Below, in pieces: positions 17,349 through 23,798 of a DNA stretch of 24,915 nt. The notes below the pieces were generated by a model that searched no databases, had not been told where the DNA came from, and saw nothing but the letters and a program-made list of their open reading frames with translations. Origin of the DNA: a virus (Duplodnaviria > Caudoviricetes); the IMG/VR virus record IMGVR_UViG_3300037506_000367, positions 1-24,915 of that record. One strand, written 5' to 3'. How positions within the stretch are numbered: position 1 is the stretch's first letter; every line of letters begins with the position of its first letter. The translations under genes and the position numbers were made by a program.

Positions 17349-18905
17349 ATGGCGACGCTGACAGACTTCACGGACGCCCAGGCCGAGCCGTCGGTCAAGG
17401 TCAAACAGGACCGCCTGCATCAGCTCTGGGTCGCGGCCGAGGCGGCGCTACGGCTCGCCATCTACGGCACGCGGGACACCGGCCTGGAGCACGATCACGG
17501 CGCCCGCGGCGGGCTGAATCTCCTCCGCGCGCTCTGGTCGGTGACGATCGGCGCCTACGTGCGCCCCGGGTCTGGCGCGTCCCCCGTGCAGGGGATCCCG
17601 CTCGGCCCGCCCCAGGGCGGCGTCTCGCTCGTCGCGACGCCGAAGCTCGTCGCGCACGTCGGGGTGCTCCTGCCCGGCGGGGTCAACGCCTGCGCGATAC
17701 GGCTGGCGGTTCACCTCCCCGGCGCCGGCACGCGGCAGGTGTCGTTGCAGGCGGAGCTGCGTCCCTTCGCGCGAGCCGGCGCCGGCCCCGGCGCGGGCCT
17801 CCCCTCGGGCGGCACCCTGACCGCGACCGGGGCGAACGACTACCAGGATATCCGCCTCACGATGAGCCCCCTCGCCGCGCTCGGCGCCCCGAACGGCAAC
17901 CGCTGGCTGGAGCTCCTCGTCTGGCAGGGCTCGAACCCGCCGGCGGCGTCGGGCTACCGCCTGCTCGGCGCCCTCGGGCAGTGGCTCACCGCCCCGCAGG
18001 GGACGCCGCCCCCGCTGTCGATGGGGATGCCCCCCGGGCCGGTCGGCGTCGTCGAGGTGCAGGCGGGGCAGTTCGTCGCCGAGCAGCTCATAAACAAGCT
18101 CCGGGCGGCGCTGACGGGGCTCATCTACGGCGCCCTGGGTAAGGTCCCCGGGCTGCTCCTGCTCCCGGGCCTCGGCCCGCTTGAGGACAAGGGCAGCCCC
18201 TGGCGCAAGGTCGTCGGTCGCTACATCCACGGCCACACCGGCAAGTCGGAGAGCGACGGCGCGATCGTGCCCGGGCTCTACGCCGCGGGCTTCTTCCCGA
18301 ACGACCTCGGCGACGACGTCTCGGGCAACGTCACCGCGGCGATGGTCAAGGGCGAGAAGATTGACCCGTCGGGCGGCGGCAGCGCGTCGAGCTCGACGAA
18401 GTTCACGCTCCGGGTGCCGAACGCGAAGGGCCTCCGGCGGTTCGAGGTCCGCGCGGCCCTCCGGCCCGAGACGAGCTCGCAGATCGGGAGGCTCACCGTC
18501 TACGCGCGGGCGCTCCAGATCACCCAGGACGCGGTGTTCTCGGCCTCCTTCGATATCTCGACGAACATGATCGCCGGCGACAACCCGAGCGGCGGGCGCT
18601 CGTCGGGCTTCCTCGGCGTCGAGGTCGACCCCGAGGACGGCGACGCCTGGCAGGGGAACCTGCTGCGGCGGGCGCTCGGCCGCGCCGGCCACTGGACGAC
18701 CGCCGCGCTGCTCTCCGACCAGCCGCAGGGGATGCGCTCGGACAGCCTCTACCGGGTGACGCAGGCGATCTACATCGAGACCGAGCCCGTCGAGACGCGC
18801 GATCTCGTGCTCGAGGTGGGGTTCGTCCTGCGCGACAGCGCCGGCGCCTCGGTCTCGGCGGCGCGCTGCCAGTGGATTTCTGCCGGCCCCGCGCCGGGCT
18901 TTTAG
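17349..18905 (+). CDS. Putative tail fibre/receptor-binding protein, 518 aa
   Basis: Last gene before the lysis cassette. Two HxH motifs (EHDHG, HGHTG), Gly/Pro-rich. Confidence 0.6.
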   Translation: MATLTDFTDAQAEPSVKVKQDRLHQLWVAAEAALRLAIYGTRDTGLEHDHGARGGLNLLRALWSVTIGAYVRPGSGASPVQGIPLGPPQGGVSLVATPKLVAHVGVLLPGGVNACAIRLAVHLPGAGTRQVSLQAELRPFARAGAGPGAGLPSGGTLTATGANDYQDIRLTMSPLAALGAPNGNRWLELLVWQGSNPPAASGYRLLGALGQWLTAPQGTPPPLSMGMPPGPVGVVEVQAGQFVAEQLINKLRAALTGLIYGALGKVPGLLLLPGLGPLEDKGSPWRKVVGRYIHGHTGKSESDGAIVPGLYAAGFFPNDLGDDVSGNVTAAMVKGEKIDPSGGGSASSSTKFTLRVPNAKGLRRFEVRAALRPETSSQIGRLTVYARALQITQDAVFSASFDISTNMIAGDNPSGGRSSGFLGVEVDPEDGDAWQGNLLRRALGRAGHWTTAALLSDQPQGMRSDSLYRVTQAIYIETEPVETRDLVLEVGFVLRDSAGASVSAARCQWISAGPAPGF

Positions 18906-18920
18906 GAGAGGAGGCCCCCG

Positions 18921-19178
18921 TTGGAAGCGACCTTCACCGCCGAGCTGCTCAAGCAAGGGATCCTGGGGATCATCATCCTCGTCGAGGCCTACGTCATCGC
19001 GACGCTTTATCGGAAGCTGGAGAAACGCGACGCCGACCTGTTAGAACTTTCAAAGGCGCAGAGCGCGTCAAACGAACGTGTCGCCGCGGCGCTCCAAGAG
19101 AGCACCATCGCGTTGAAGGAGAGCGCCGAGATCAACGCGCAGACCCGCGACTACCTGGAACGGAGGAGGAGATCATGA
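18921..19178 (+). CDS. Putative holin (one transmembrane helix plus coiled coil), 85 aa
   Basis: SD AGGAGG with TTG start. GILGIIILVEAYVIATLY hydrophobic segment, charged tail ending RRRS, upstream of the endolysin. Confidence 0.65.
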   Translation: MEATFTAELLKQGILGIIILVEAYVIATLYRKLEKRDADLLELSKAQSASNERVAAALQESTIALKESAEINAQTRDYLERRRRS

Positions 19179-19366
19179 GGCAGAAGGCATCTCCGCTGGC
19201 GGCGCTCAGGAGCAGCATCGCCAAGGTGAACGCCGCGACCGACGAGCACGGCGAGGCGAGCGCGGCGTTCCGGGCGGTCGTCGCCACCCCGCTGCCGAAG
19301 CCCGAGGAGCTCCTGACGACCGCGGAGATCGAGGCGCTACAGGAGGCGGGCGACCCGGCGGAGTAG
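19175..19366 (+). CDS. Hypothetical protein, 63 aa (MRQKASPLAALRSS...)
   Basis: ATGA overlap with the holin stop and SD GGAGGAGG. C-terminal part of listed ORF 18872..19366. Confidence 0.65.
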   Translation: MRQKASPLAALRSSIAKVNAATDEHGEASAAFRAVVATPLPKPEELLTTAEIEALQEAGDPAE

Positions 19367-19401
19367 CCGCCTGCAACGCCGCCAGGCGAGAGGAGGCCGA
19401 C

Positions 19402-19626
19402 GTGCAGACCCTGAGCTTCCGCATCTACCAGGGGCGGCCGGTGATCCGGGTCTCCCTCGTCGACGGGGCGAAGCCGCCGCGGGTGATCTGCGAGCTCTTG
19501 CCGCGCGACGACTCGAGCTCGAGCCTGAAGACCGCGGAGACCGTCGACCTCCTCTACTCGGTGTATAAGGCGCTTCCCCTCGCCGAGTACCAGCTCTCCG
19601 GGGTGAAAGGCATGTTCGACCAATGA
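19402..19626 (+). CDS. Hypothetical protein, 74 aa
   Basis: SD AGGAGG with GTG start. ATGA overlap with the endolysin start. Confidence 0.65.
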   Translation: MQTLSFRIYQGRPVIRVSLVDGAKPPRVICELLPRDDSSSSLKTAETVDLLYSVYKALPLAEYQLSGVKGMFDQ

Positions 19627-20144
19627 GCGACGACCGCGTCGACCAGTTTATCGCCGCGACCCTCGCATGGGAGGGGGGCTACGTCGACCACAGCGCCGAC
19701 AAGGGCGGCCCGACCAATCTCGGGATCACGCAGGCGACGCTCTCGAAGTACCTCGGGCGCCCGGCCTCTAAGGCCGACGTGCGCGCCCTCTCCCGGGAGA
19801 CCGCGGTCGAGATCTACCGCGCCGGCTACTTCGAGGCGCCGCGGCTGTCCCTACTCCCCGAGTGGGCGCAGGCGCAGAGCTACGACTGCACGGTGCTGCA
19901 CGGCGTCTCGGGCGGGGTGAAGCTCGTGCAGCGGGCGGCCGGGGCCGTGGTCGACGGCAAGCTCGGGCCGAAGACCGCGGCGGCGGTCGCAGGGATGGGC
20001 GACCGGGACTTCAACCTCGCGCTGCTCACCGCCCGCCTGGAGAAGTTCGCCGGGATCGTCGCGGCGGACCCGACGCAGATGGTCTTCTTGCTCGGGTGGC
20101 TCCGGCGGGCGGTCGCCGCCTACAGGCAGACGCTCCCTGCCTAG
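19623..20144 (+). CDS. Endolysin, glycoside hydrolase family 108 with C-terminal peptidoglycan-binding segment, 173 aa
   Basis: EGGYVDHSADKGGPTNLGIT catalytic motif, VDGKLGPKT and FLLGWLRR. Confidence 0.92.
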   Translation: MSDDRVDQFIAATLAWEGGYVDHSADKGGPTNLGITQATLSKYLGRPASKADVRALSRETAVEIYRAGYFEAPRLSLLPEWAQAQSYDCTVLHGVSGGVKLVQRAAGAVVDGKLGPKTAAAVAGMGDRDFNLALLTARLEKFAGIVAADPTQMVFLLGWLRRAVAAYRQTLPA

Positions 20145-20317
20145 CGCCCCTGGCGCGCGCGGGCGATGAGCATCTCGCGTAGCTCGGCGCCGCGCTCCTT
20201 CCAGAAATCGGCGACCTCGGCAGGCACGCGCACCGAGATCACCTTCGTCGGCGCGTCGCTCTTCGGCCGACCGGCGCCGGGGGCGCGGTAGCCGCGCTTC
20301 GGGATGCCGCGGGGCAT
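20141..20317 (-). CDS. Small DNA-binding protein, ribbon-helix-helix/BrnA-C-terminal-like, 58 aa (not in the ORF track)
   Basis: Translated by hand: MPRGIPKRGYRAPGAGRPKSDAPTKVISVRVPAEVADFWKERGAELREMLIARARQGR*. SD GGAGGG. GAGRPK followed by alternating strand ISVRV and a helix. Confidence 0.75.
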   Translation of the reverse strand: MPRGIPKRGYRAPGAGRPKSDAPTKVISVRVPAEVADFWKERGAELREMLIARARQGR

Positions 20318-20328
20318 ACACCCTCCAT

Positions 20329-20356
20329 AAAAAAGAGGGGGGCCGGAGCCCCCCCC
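20329..20356 (-). terminator. Intrinsic terminator between the Zn-finger and RHH-like genes
   Basis: Minus strand reads GGGGGGC-TCCG-GCCCCCC followed by TCTTTTTT. Confidence 0.8.
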
Positions 20357-20365
20357 ACGCGCCTC

Positions 20366-20539
20366 CTACCGCTCCGCCGGCCAGTTCTTCTTCTCCCAGG
20401 CGTGCCGGGCGCAGGCGATCCGCCCCTCCGGCTTCCCGCCCACCCACTGCCAAGCCAGGCCCTTCGCCGGGGCGTCGCAGCAGTAGCAGGTCGCCGCGTG
20501 ATTCCAGGTCGCCTTCTTCGTCTCGGCCGCGCTCTTCAT
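20366..20539 (-). CDS. Small putative zinc-binding protein, 57 aa
   Basis: ATG at 20539 with SD GGAGG (20545-20549). CYCC...CARH ligands. The listed longer start (20593) runs through the promoter and is unlikely. Confidence 0.7.
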   Translation of the reverse strand: MKSAAETKKATWNHAATCYCCDAPAKGLAWQWVGGKPEGRIACARHAWEKKNWPAER

Positions 20540-20561
20540 GTTCGCCTCCGTTGTTGAAATA

Positions 20562-20590
20562 AATATAGGACCTACTATAAATTTTGTCAA
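20562..20590 (-). promoter_or_regulatory. Sigma70-type promoter
   Basis: TTGACA (20590-20585), 17-nt spacer, TATATT (20567-20562), in the most AT-rich stretch of the window. Confidence 0.85.
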
Positions 20591-20599
20591 CAAAATTTA
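20578..20599. promoter_or_regulatory. Palindromic operator candidate overlapping the -35 box
   Basis: TAAATTTTGT-CA-ACAAAATTTA has perfect 10-bp arms. A second IR, TATAG-N6-CTATA, lies at 20564-20579. Confidence 0.7.
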
Positions 20600-20731
20600 G
20601 ATAGAGGTGACGAAAAAAGATGCGGGCCTGGTGTATGGCCTTGATCTGATATCAGTTTACGGCATTAAGAATGTTACAACCAATAAGCGTGGGGGTGCGG
20701 CGTCAGCAGTGATCACCAGGAGGGACACCCC

Positions 20732-21178
20732 ATGACGCGCTACGCCGCCTTCGCCCTGCTCCTCGCCGCCTGCGCCCCCGGGCTGCCCGGCTACGCCGCC
20801 GGCGTGCCGACCCCCGCCGTCGAGACCTGTACCCCGGCCGCCGAGACGACGGCCGACGTCGCGCGGATCACCGGCGACCTGGTCGTGTGCGGGGAGCTCG
20901 CCGAGGGCGACGCCGACGTGTTCACCGTAGTGAACACCAGCCCGGAGGGGCGCGAGCTGAGCGTCCAGACCTTCGGGGGGGCCTCGGGTTGCGACACCGA
21001 CACCGATATCGCGGTGCGCGAGCTCGACGGCACGCTCATCACCAGCGACGAGCAGCTCGGCATCGGTCCCTGCGCCTGGGTGACGATCTTCGTCGACGCG
21101 CGCCAGGCGGTCTCGGTCGAGGTCATCGCCGTCGAGGCCGGCAAGTACCGGCTCGCGGTCGAGCTCTTCGACCTGTAG
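20732..21178 (+). CDS. Lipoprotein with PPC-like beta-sandwich domain, 148 aa
   Basis: SD AGGAGG. Signal MTRYAAFALLLAAC with lipobox LAAC. DADVF...CDTDTDI...DG...D..GIGPC...GKYRLAV resembles pre-peptidase C-terminal-type domains. Confidence 0.75.
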   Translation: MTRYAAFALLLAACAPGLPGYAAGVPTPAVETCTPAAETTADVARITGDLVVCGELAEGDADVFTVVNTSPEGRELSVQTFGGASGCDTDTDIAVRELDGTLITSDEQLGIGPCAWVTIFVDARQAVSVEVIAVEAGKYRLAVELFDL

Positions 21179-21179
21179 C

Positions 21180-21827
21180 CTACCCGGCGAAGGTCTCCCA
21201 CGCCTTCCAGTGGGGCGCGTGGTCGTACTCCAGGAGGTCGAAGAGCTCCTCTTCGCCCCAGGCCCCGCCGCCCCGCGGCGTGATGCCGTCGCGCTCGAGC
21301 TGCCGGATGATCTCGGGCACCGTGCTCCCGAAGGCCCGGAGCTTCCGCGCGTAGCTCAGCGTCTGGTGCTCGGCGCGGATCGGCACGAGGACGTCGGCCC
21401 GATGGTGCCACCGCCACCCGTAGGGCGCCGGGTAGGGGCCCTCCCGCGCGCTCGCGTCGTCGGGCACGAGCGCCTCGTGCCGGCACGCGAGCAGCGCGAG
21501 GAGCGGCGGCTTCGGCTTCTCCTCGGGCTTCCGCGCCGCCCGCACCTTGCTCGTGATCGCGAGCACCAGGTACCGCACATCCGCCGGCGCGATCACCGGC
21601 GTCGGCCGCTGCCGCGGGCCCGGGAACTGGTGAAGCCGTACCTTCGACGCGAGGTCGGGGTACTTCTTCCTGAGCCGCTGCCAGCCTACCGAGCTGTGCC
21701 GGCTCTTCAGCTTGGCGATCACATCGAGCACGGCGTACCACCCCTCCGGCGTCACGCGGGCCCCGCGTTGGGCGAGGTCGTCGAGTAGCCGCGCGAGCTC
21801 CGAATCGTGGTGACCCGCCGCGGACAC
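21180..21827 (-). CDS. BRO-N/antirepressor-like domain fused to a serine-recombinase DNA-binding (RD)-like domain, 215 aa
   Basis: N-terminal half RVTPEGWYAVLDVI...WQRLRKKYP...FPGPRQRPTPV. C-terminal half APYGW...LVP..AE.......IIRQLERDGITPRGGGAW....LFDLL. Confidence 0.65.
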   Translation of the reverse strand: MSAAGHHDSELARLLDDLAQRGARVTPEGWYAVLDVIAKLKSRHSSVGWQRLRKKYPDLASKVRLHQFPGPRQRPTPVIAPADVRYLVLAITSKVRAARKPEEKPKPPLLALLACRHEALVPDDASAREGPYPAPYGWRWHHRADVLVPIRAEHQTLSYARKLRAFGSTVPEIIRQLERDGITPRGGGAWGEEELFDLLEYDHAPHWKAWETFAG

Positions 21828-21836
21828 CGCCGCCCC

Positions 21837-22514
21837 CTACAACGTGGCGGCGTGCCCGGCGCTGAGGCGCACCGCCCAGGCGGCGACGCGCTCGGCCGGC
21901 CGCGCCGAGTCATCGTCGGGTCGGCGGGCGGCGTGCCGCTGGAGCCGCGCGCCGAGCTCCGCGAAGAGCGCGCGGGCGCCGTCCTCGCCGCCGGCGGCGT
22001 GGAAGATCTCCAGCGAGCTCGCCGCCCGGAAGTCCGCGACCCAGTGCCCGAGCTCCGGCGGGTCGACGTCCCACTGCCCGGTGCGGTCGACCAGGATGTA
22101 CTCGCCGATCGCCAGGAGGTAGACCCGGAAGCCCCCGAAGCTCCCGGCCCGCTCGGTCTGGTCGGGGGTCGTGGTGTAGCGGTCGAGGATCGGGATGCCC
22201 CGCACGCCCTCGAAGCAGATCTCGCGCGGGGTACATTCGGTGTAGGCCCAGGCGCGCACGACCGGCTCGGCGAGCGCGGCGTGCAGATCCGCGAGCGCCG
22301 CGGGGAGCCGCGCCAGGGCCTCGGCGAGCGGGTGCGCGAGGCGGTGCTTCCGCAGGACCGGCGCCTTCTCCATCTCTTCGAGCCGGAGCTCGTTCAGGAT
22401 CCGCTCCCGCGAGGGCGGGGCGGCGAGCGGCAGCCGCCTCGGCGGCGGTGGCGCCGGCGGCGCCTGGACGGAGAGCCAGCCTTTACGGGGGGGTCGGGTC
22501 GCGTTAGAGTGCAT
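21837..22514 (-). CDS. Hypothetical protein, 225 aa
   Basis: SD AGGAGG (22524-22519) before the ATG. Fills the space between the structured intergenic region and the BRO-like gene. Confidence 0.7.
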   Translation of the reverse strand: MHSNATRPPRKGWLSVQAPPAPPPPRRLPLAAPPSRERILNELRLEEMEKAPVLRKHRLAHPLAEALARLPAALADLHAALAEPVVRAWAYTECTPREICFEGVRGIPILDRYTTTPDQTERAGSFGGFRVYLLAIGEYILVDRTGQWDVDPPELGHWVADFRAASSLEIFHAAGGEDGARALFAELGARLQRHAARRPDDDSARPAERVAAWAVRLSAGHAATL

Positions 22515-22540
22515 CTCGCCTCCTGTTCCTTCCCAGGGCC

Positions 22541-22702
22541 GGCGGGCACTCGGCGGCTGGGGGGCCAGGAGCGCGCACGCCGCCCCAACGGCGCGCGCAC
22601 TCCCCCCCAGCGGCTGAGGTACCGCGGCGCCGCCCCGACGCCGAGCACCCGCCTTCGATCGTGACCGGCTTATCCGGCCACGATCTCTGATTTACGAGAT
22701 CG
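22541..22702 (-). ncRNA. Candidate structured RNA (leader or small RNA)
   Basis: Three long stems whose apparent mismatches on + are all G-U pairs on -. Details are in the findings. Confidence 0.55.
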
Positions 22703-22721
22703 CCCCCGCGGCTGCCTAGAC

Positions 22722-22750
22722 AGAAAAGCAGGTCCCGCGATCGGGACCTG
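22722..22750 (-). terminator. Probable intrinsic terminator after the J-domain gene
   Basis: Perfect 9-bp stem CAGGTCCCG-N4-CGGGACCTG (22729-22750) followed on - by CTTTTCT. Confidence 0.65.
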
Positions 22751-22783
22751 TTATGACTACCCCCGAAGTGTTCAGGGTCCTTA

Positions 22784-23359
22784 TTAGAGGCGGGCTTCCT
22801 CGAAGTGCTTCTTGAGCGTCGCCATCGCGGCGTTGACGGCCTTCATCTTCTCTTCGGCGCCGGGGCTCTTGTTGATGTCGGGGTGATACTGCCGGGCCAG
22901 GCGCCGGTAGGCCGCCATCATCTCATCCGGGCCGGCGGCGTCGGAGAGCCCCAGCGTGCGAAGCGCCTCGGTGATGCGCCAGGGCATCACCCGCGGGCTC
23001 TCGGCCGCGGAGCGGCGGGCGCCCTGCGCGGCCCGCCGGAAGTCCTCGGCGGCCTGGCGGGCGGCGTCGTAGGCCTCGGGGCGGGGGCGGGCCCGCCCCG
23101 CGGCGGGGCTCCGCCGGCGCGCGGTCTGGCGCGCCGCCTCGGCCGCTTCCGCCCCCGGCGCCTCGCCGCGGAGGAAGGCGGCGATATCCTGCTCCCATCG
23201 GCGCTTCAGCGCGTCGCGGGCGCGGTTCATCGCCCGGAACTCCTCTAGCGTTGGCGTCCCGCGGCCCAGGCGCGCCACATAGACGGCCCGGAGCAAGATT
23301 TCGAGCCACTCCGCGCAGTCGCTCGGGACCGGCGCCGCCGCGCGCTTCTTCGTCGTCAT
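22784..23359 (-). CDS. C-terminal J-domain (DnaJ-like) protein, 191 aa
   Basis: ALRTLGLSDAAGPDEMMAAYRRLARQYHPDINKSPGAEEKMKAVNAA with intact HPD (22877-22885). Real start is probably ATG 23359 (MTTKK), 4 nt after the upstream stop. Confidence 0.88.
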   Translation of the reverse strand: MTTKKRAAAPVPSDCAEWLEILLRAVYVARLGRGTPTLEEFRAMNRARDALKRRWEQDIAAFLRGEAPGAEAAEAARQTARRRSPAAGRARPRPEAYDAARQAAEDFRRAAQGARRSAAESPRVMPWRITEALRTLGLSDAAGPDEMMAAYRRLARQYHPDINKSPGAEEKMKAVNAAMATLKKHFEEARL

Positions 23360-23363
23360 CGGC

Positions 23364-23792
23364 TTACTTTCTGTGGCCGGGCCACGGCGGGCCCTGGAGA
23401 TAGCGCACCGCGAGCTGAACCACACAGCGCCATTGCGCGCCGGTGAGTACGCCGCCGCGCTCGTATTGGCGCGCGAGAGACTCGCCGAACTCGTCGGGCT
23501 TCCAGTAGCCCGACCAGGGCCGCGCGAGGACGATGCTGATCGCGTGCTCCTCGTCTTCGTCCTTCGGCGGCCGGCGCGGCGACTTCCCGGGGTCTTCGAG
23601 GCCGAGCAGCCCCGCGTAGCCCGCCAAGAACTCCTGCGCCTCGGCGCACGAGCGATGGGGCTCCGGCGAGATGACGGCGCGCTTCTTCTTCGGGATCGCC
23701 TTGAGCTCGCGGTCGTCGACGACCAGGAGCGTCTTCCGCTTGTCGCCCGCGCCGAGCTCGACGACATAGAAGACGGCGGGGAAGAGCGGCAT
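23364..23792 (-). CDS. Hypothetical protein, 142 aa
   Basis: Tightly packed between its neighbours (6-nt and 4-nt gaps), natural composition. Confidence 0.7.
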   Translation of the reverse strand: MPLFPAVFYVVELGAGDKRKTLLVVDDRELKAIPKKKRAVISPEPHRSCAEAQEFLAGYAGLLGLEDPGKSPRRPPKDEDEEHAISIVLARPWSGYWKPDEFGESLARQYERGGVLTGAQWRCVVQLAVRYLQGPPWPGHRK

Positions 23793-23798
23793 GGCGGG

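Noticed and set aside
10263-18956. Long antisense ORFs 10263..12116, 12447..14531 and 17448..18956
   Set aside because: Codon-aligned shadows of high-GC3 sense genes. They span gene junctions only because the sense genes share a frame, and their composition is not protein-like.
20641-20680. Plus-strand sigma70 promoter for the lipoprotein gene
   Set aside because: TTGATC has no well-spaced -10. Only a weak extended -10 (TGTTACAAC) and a CTGATATCAG palindrome are present, which is not enough to call.
22394-22648. 84-aa minus-strand ORF across the structured intergenic region
   Set aside because: Low-complexity Arg/Pro/Gly translation that overlaps the 22514 gene out of frame. It does not resemble the Ash/Icd peptides I know, though a leader peptide cannot be fully excluded.
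22665-22678. GCCGGATAAG resemblance to enterobacterial REP elements
   Set aside because: Single short match with no further copies. Better explained as part of the local hairpin.
23360-23767. N-terminal extension of the J-domain ORF as listed (327 aa)
   Set aside because: Ser/Arg-rich off-frame translation overlapping the real gene 23364..23792. ATG 23359 fits the operon spacing.
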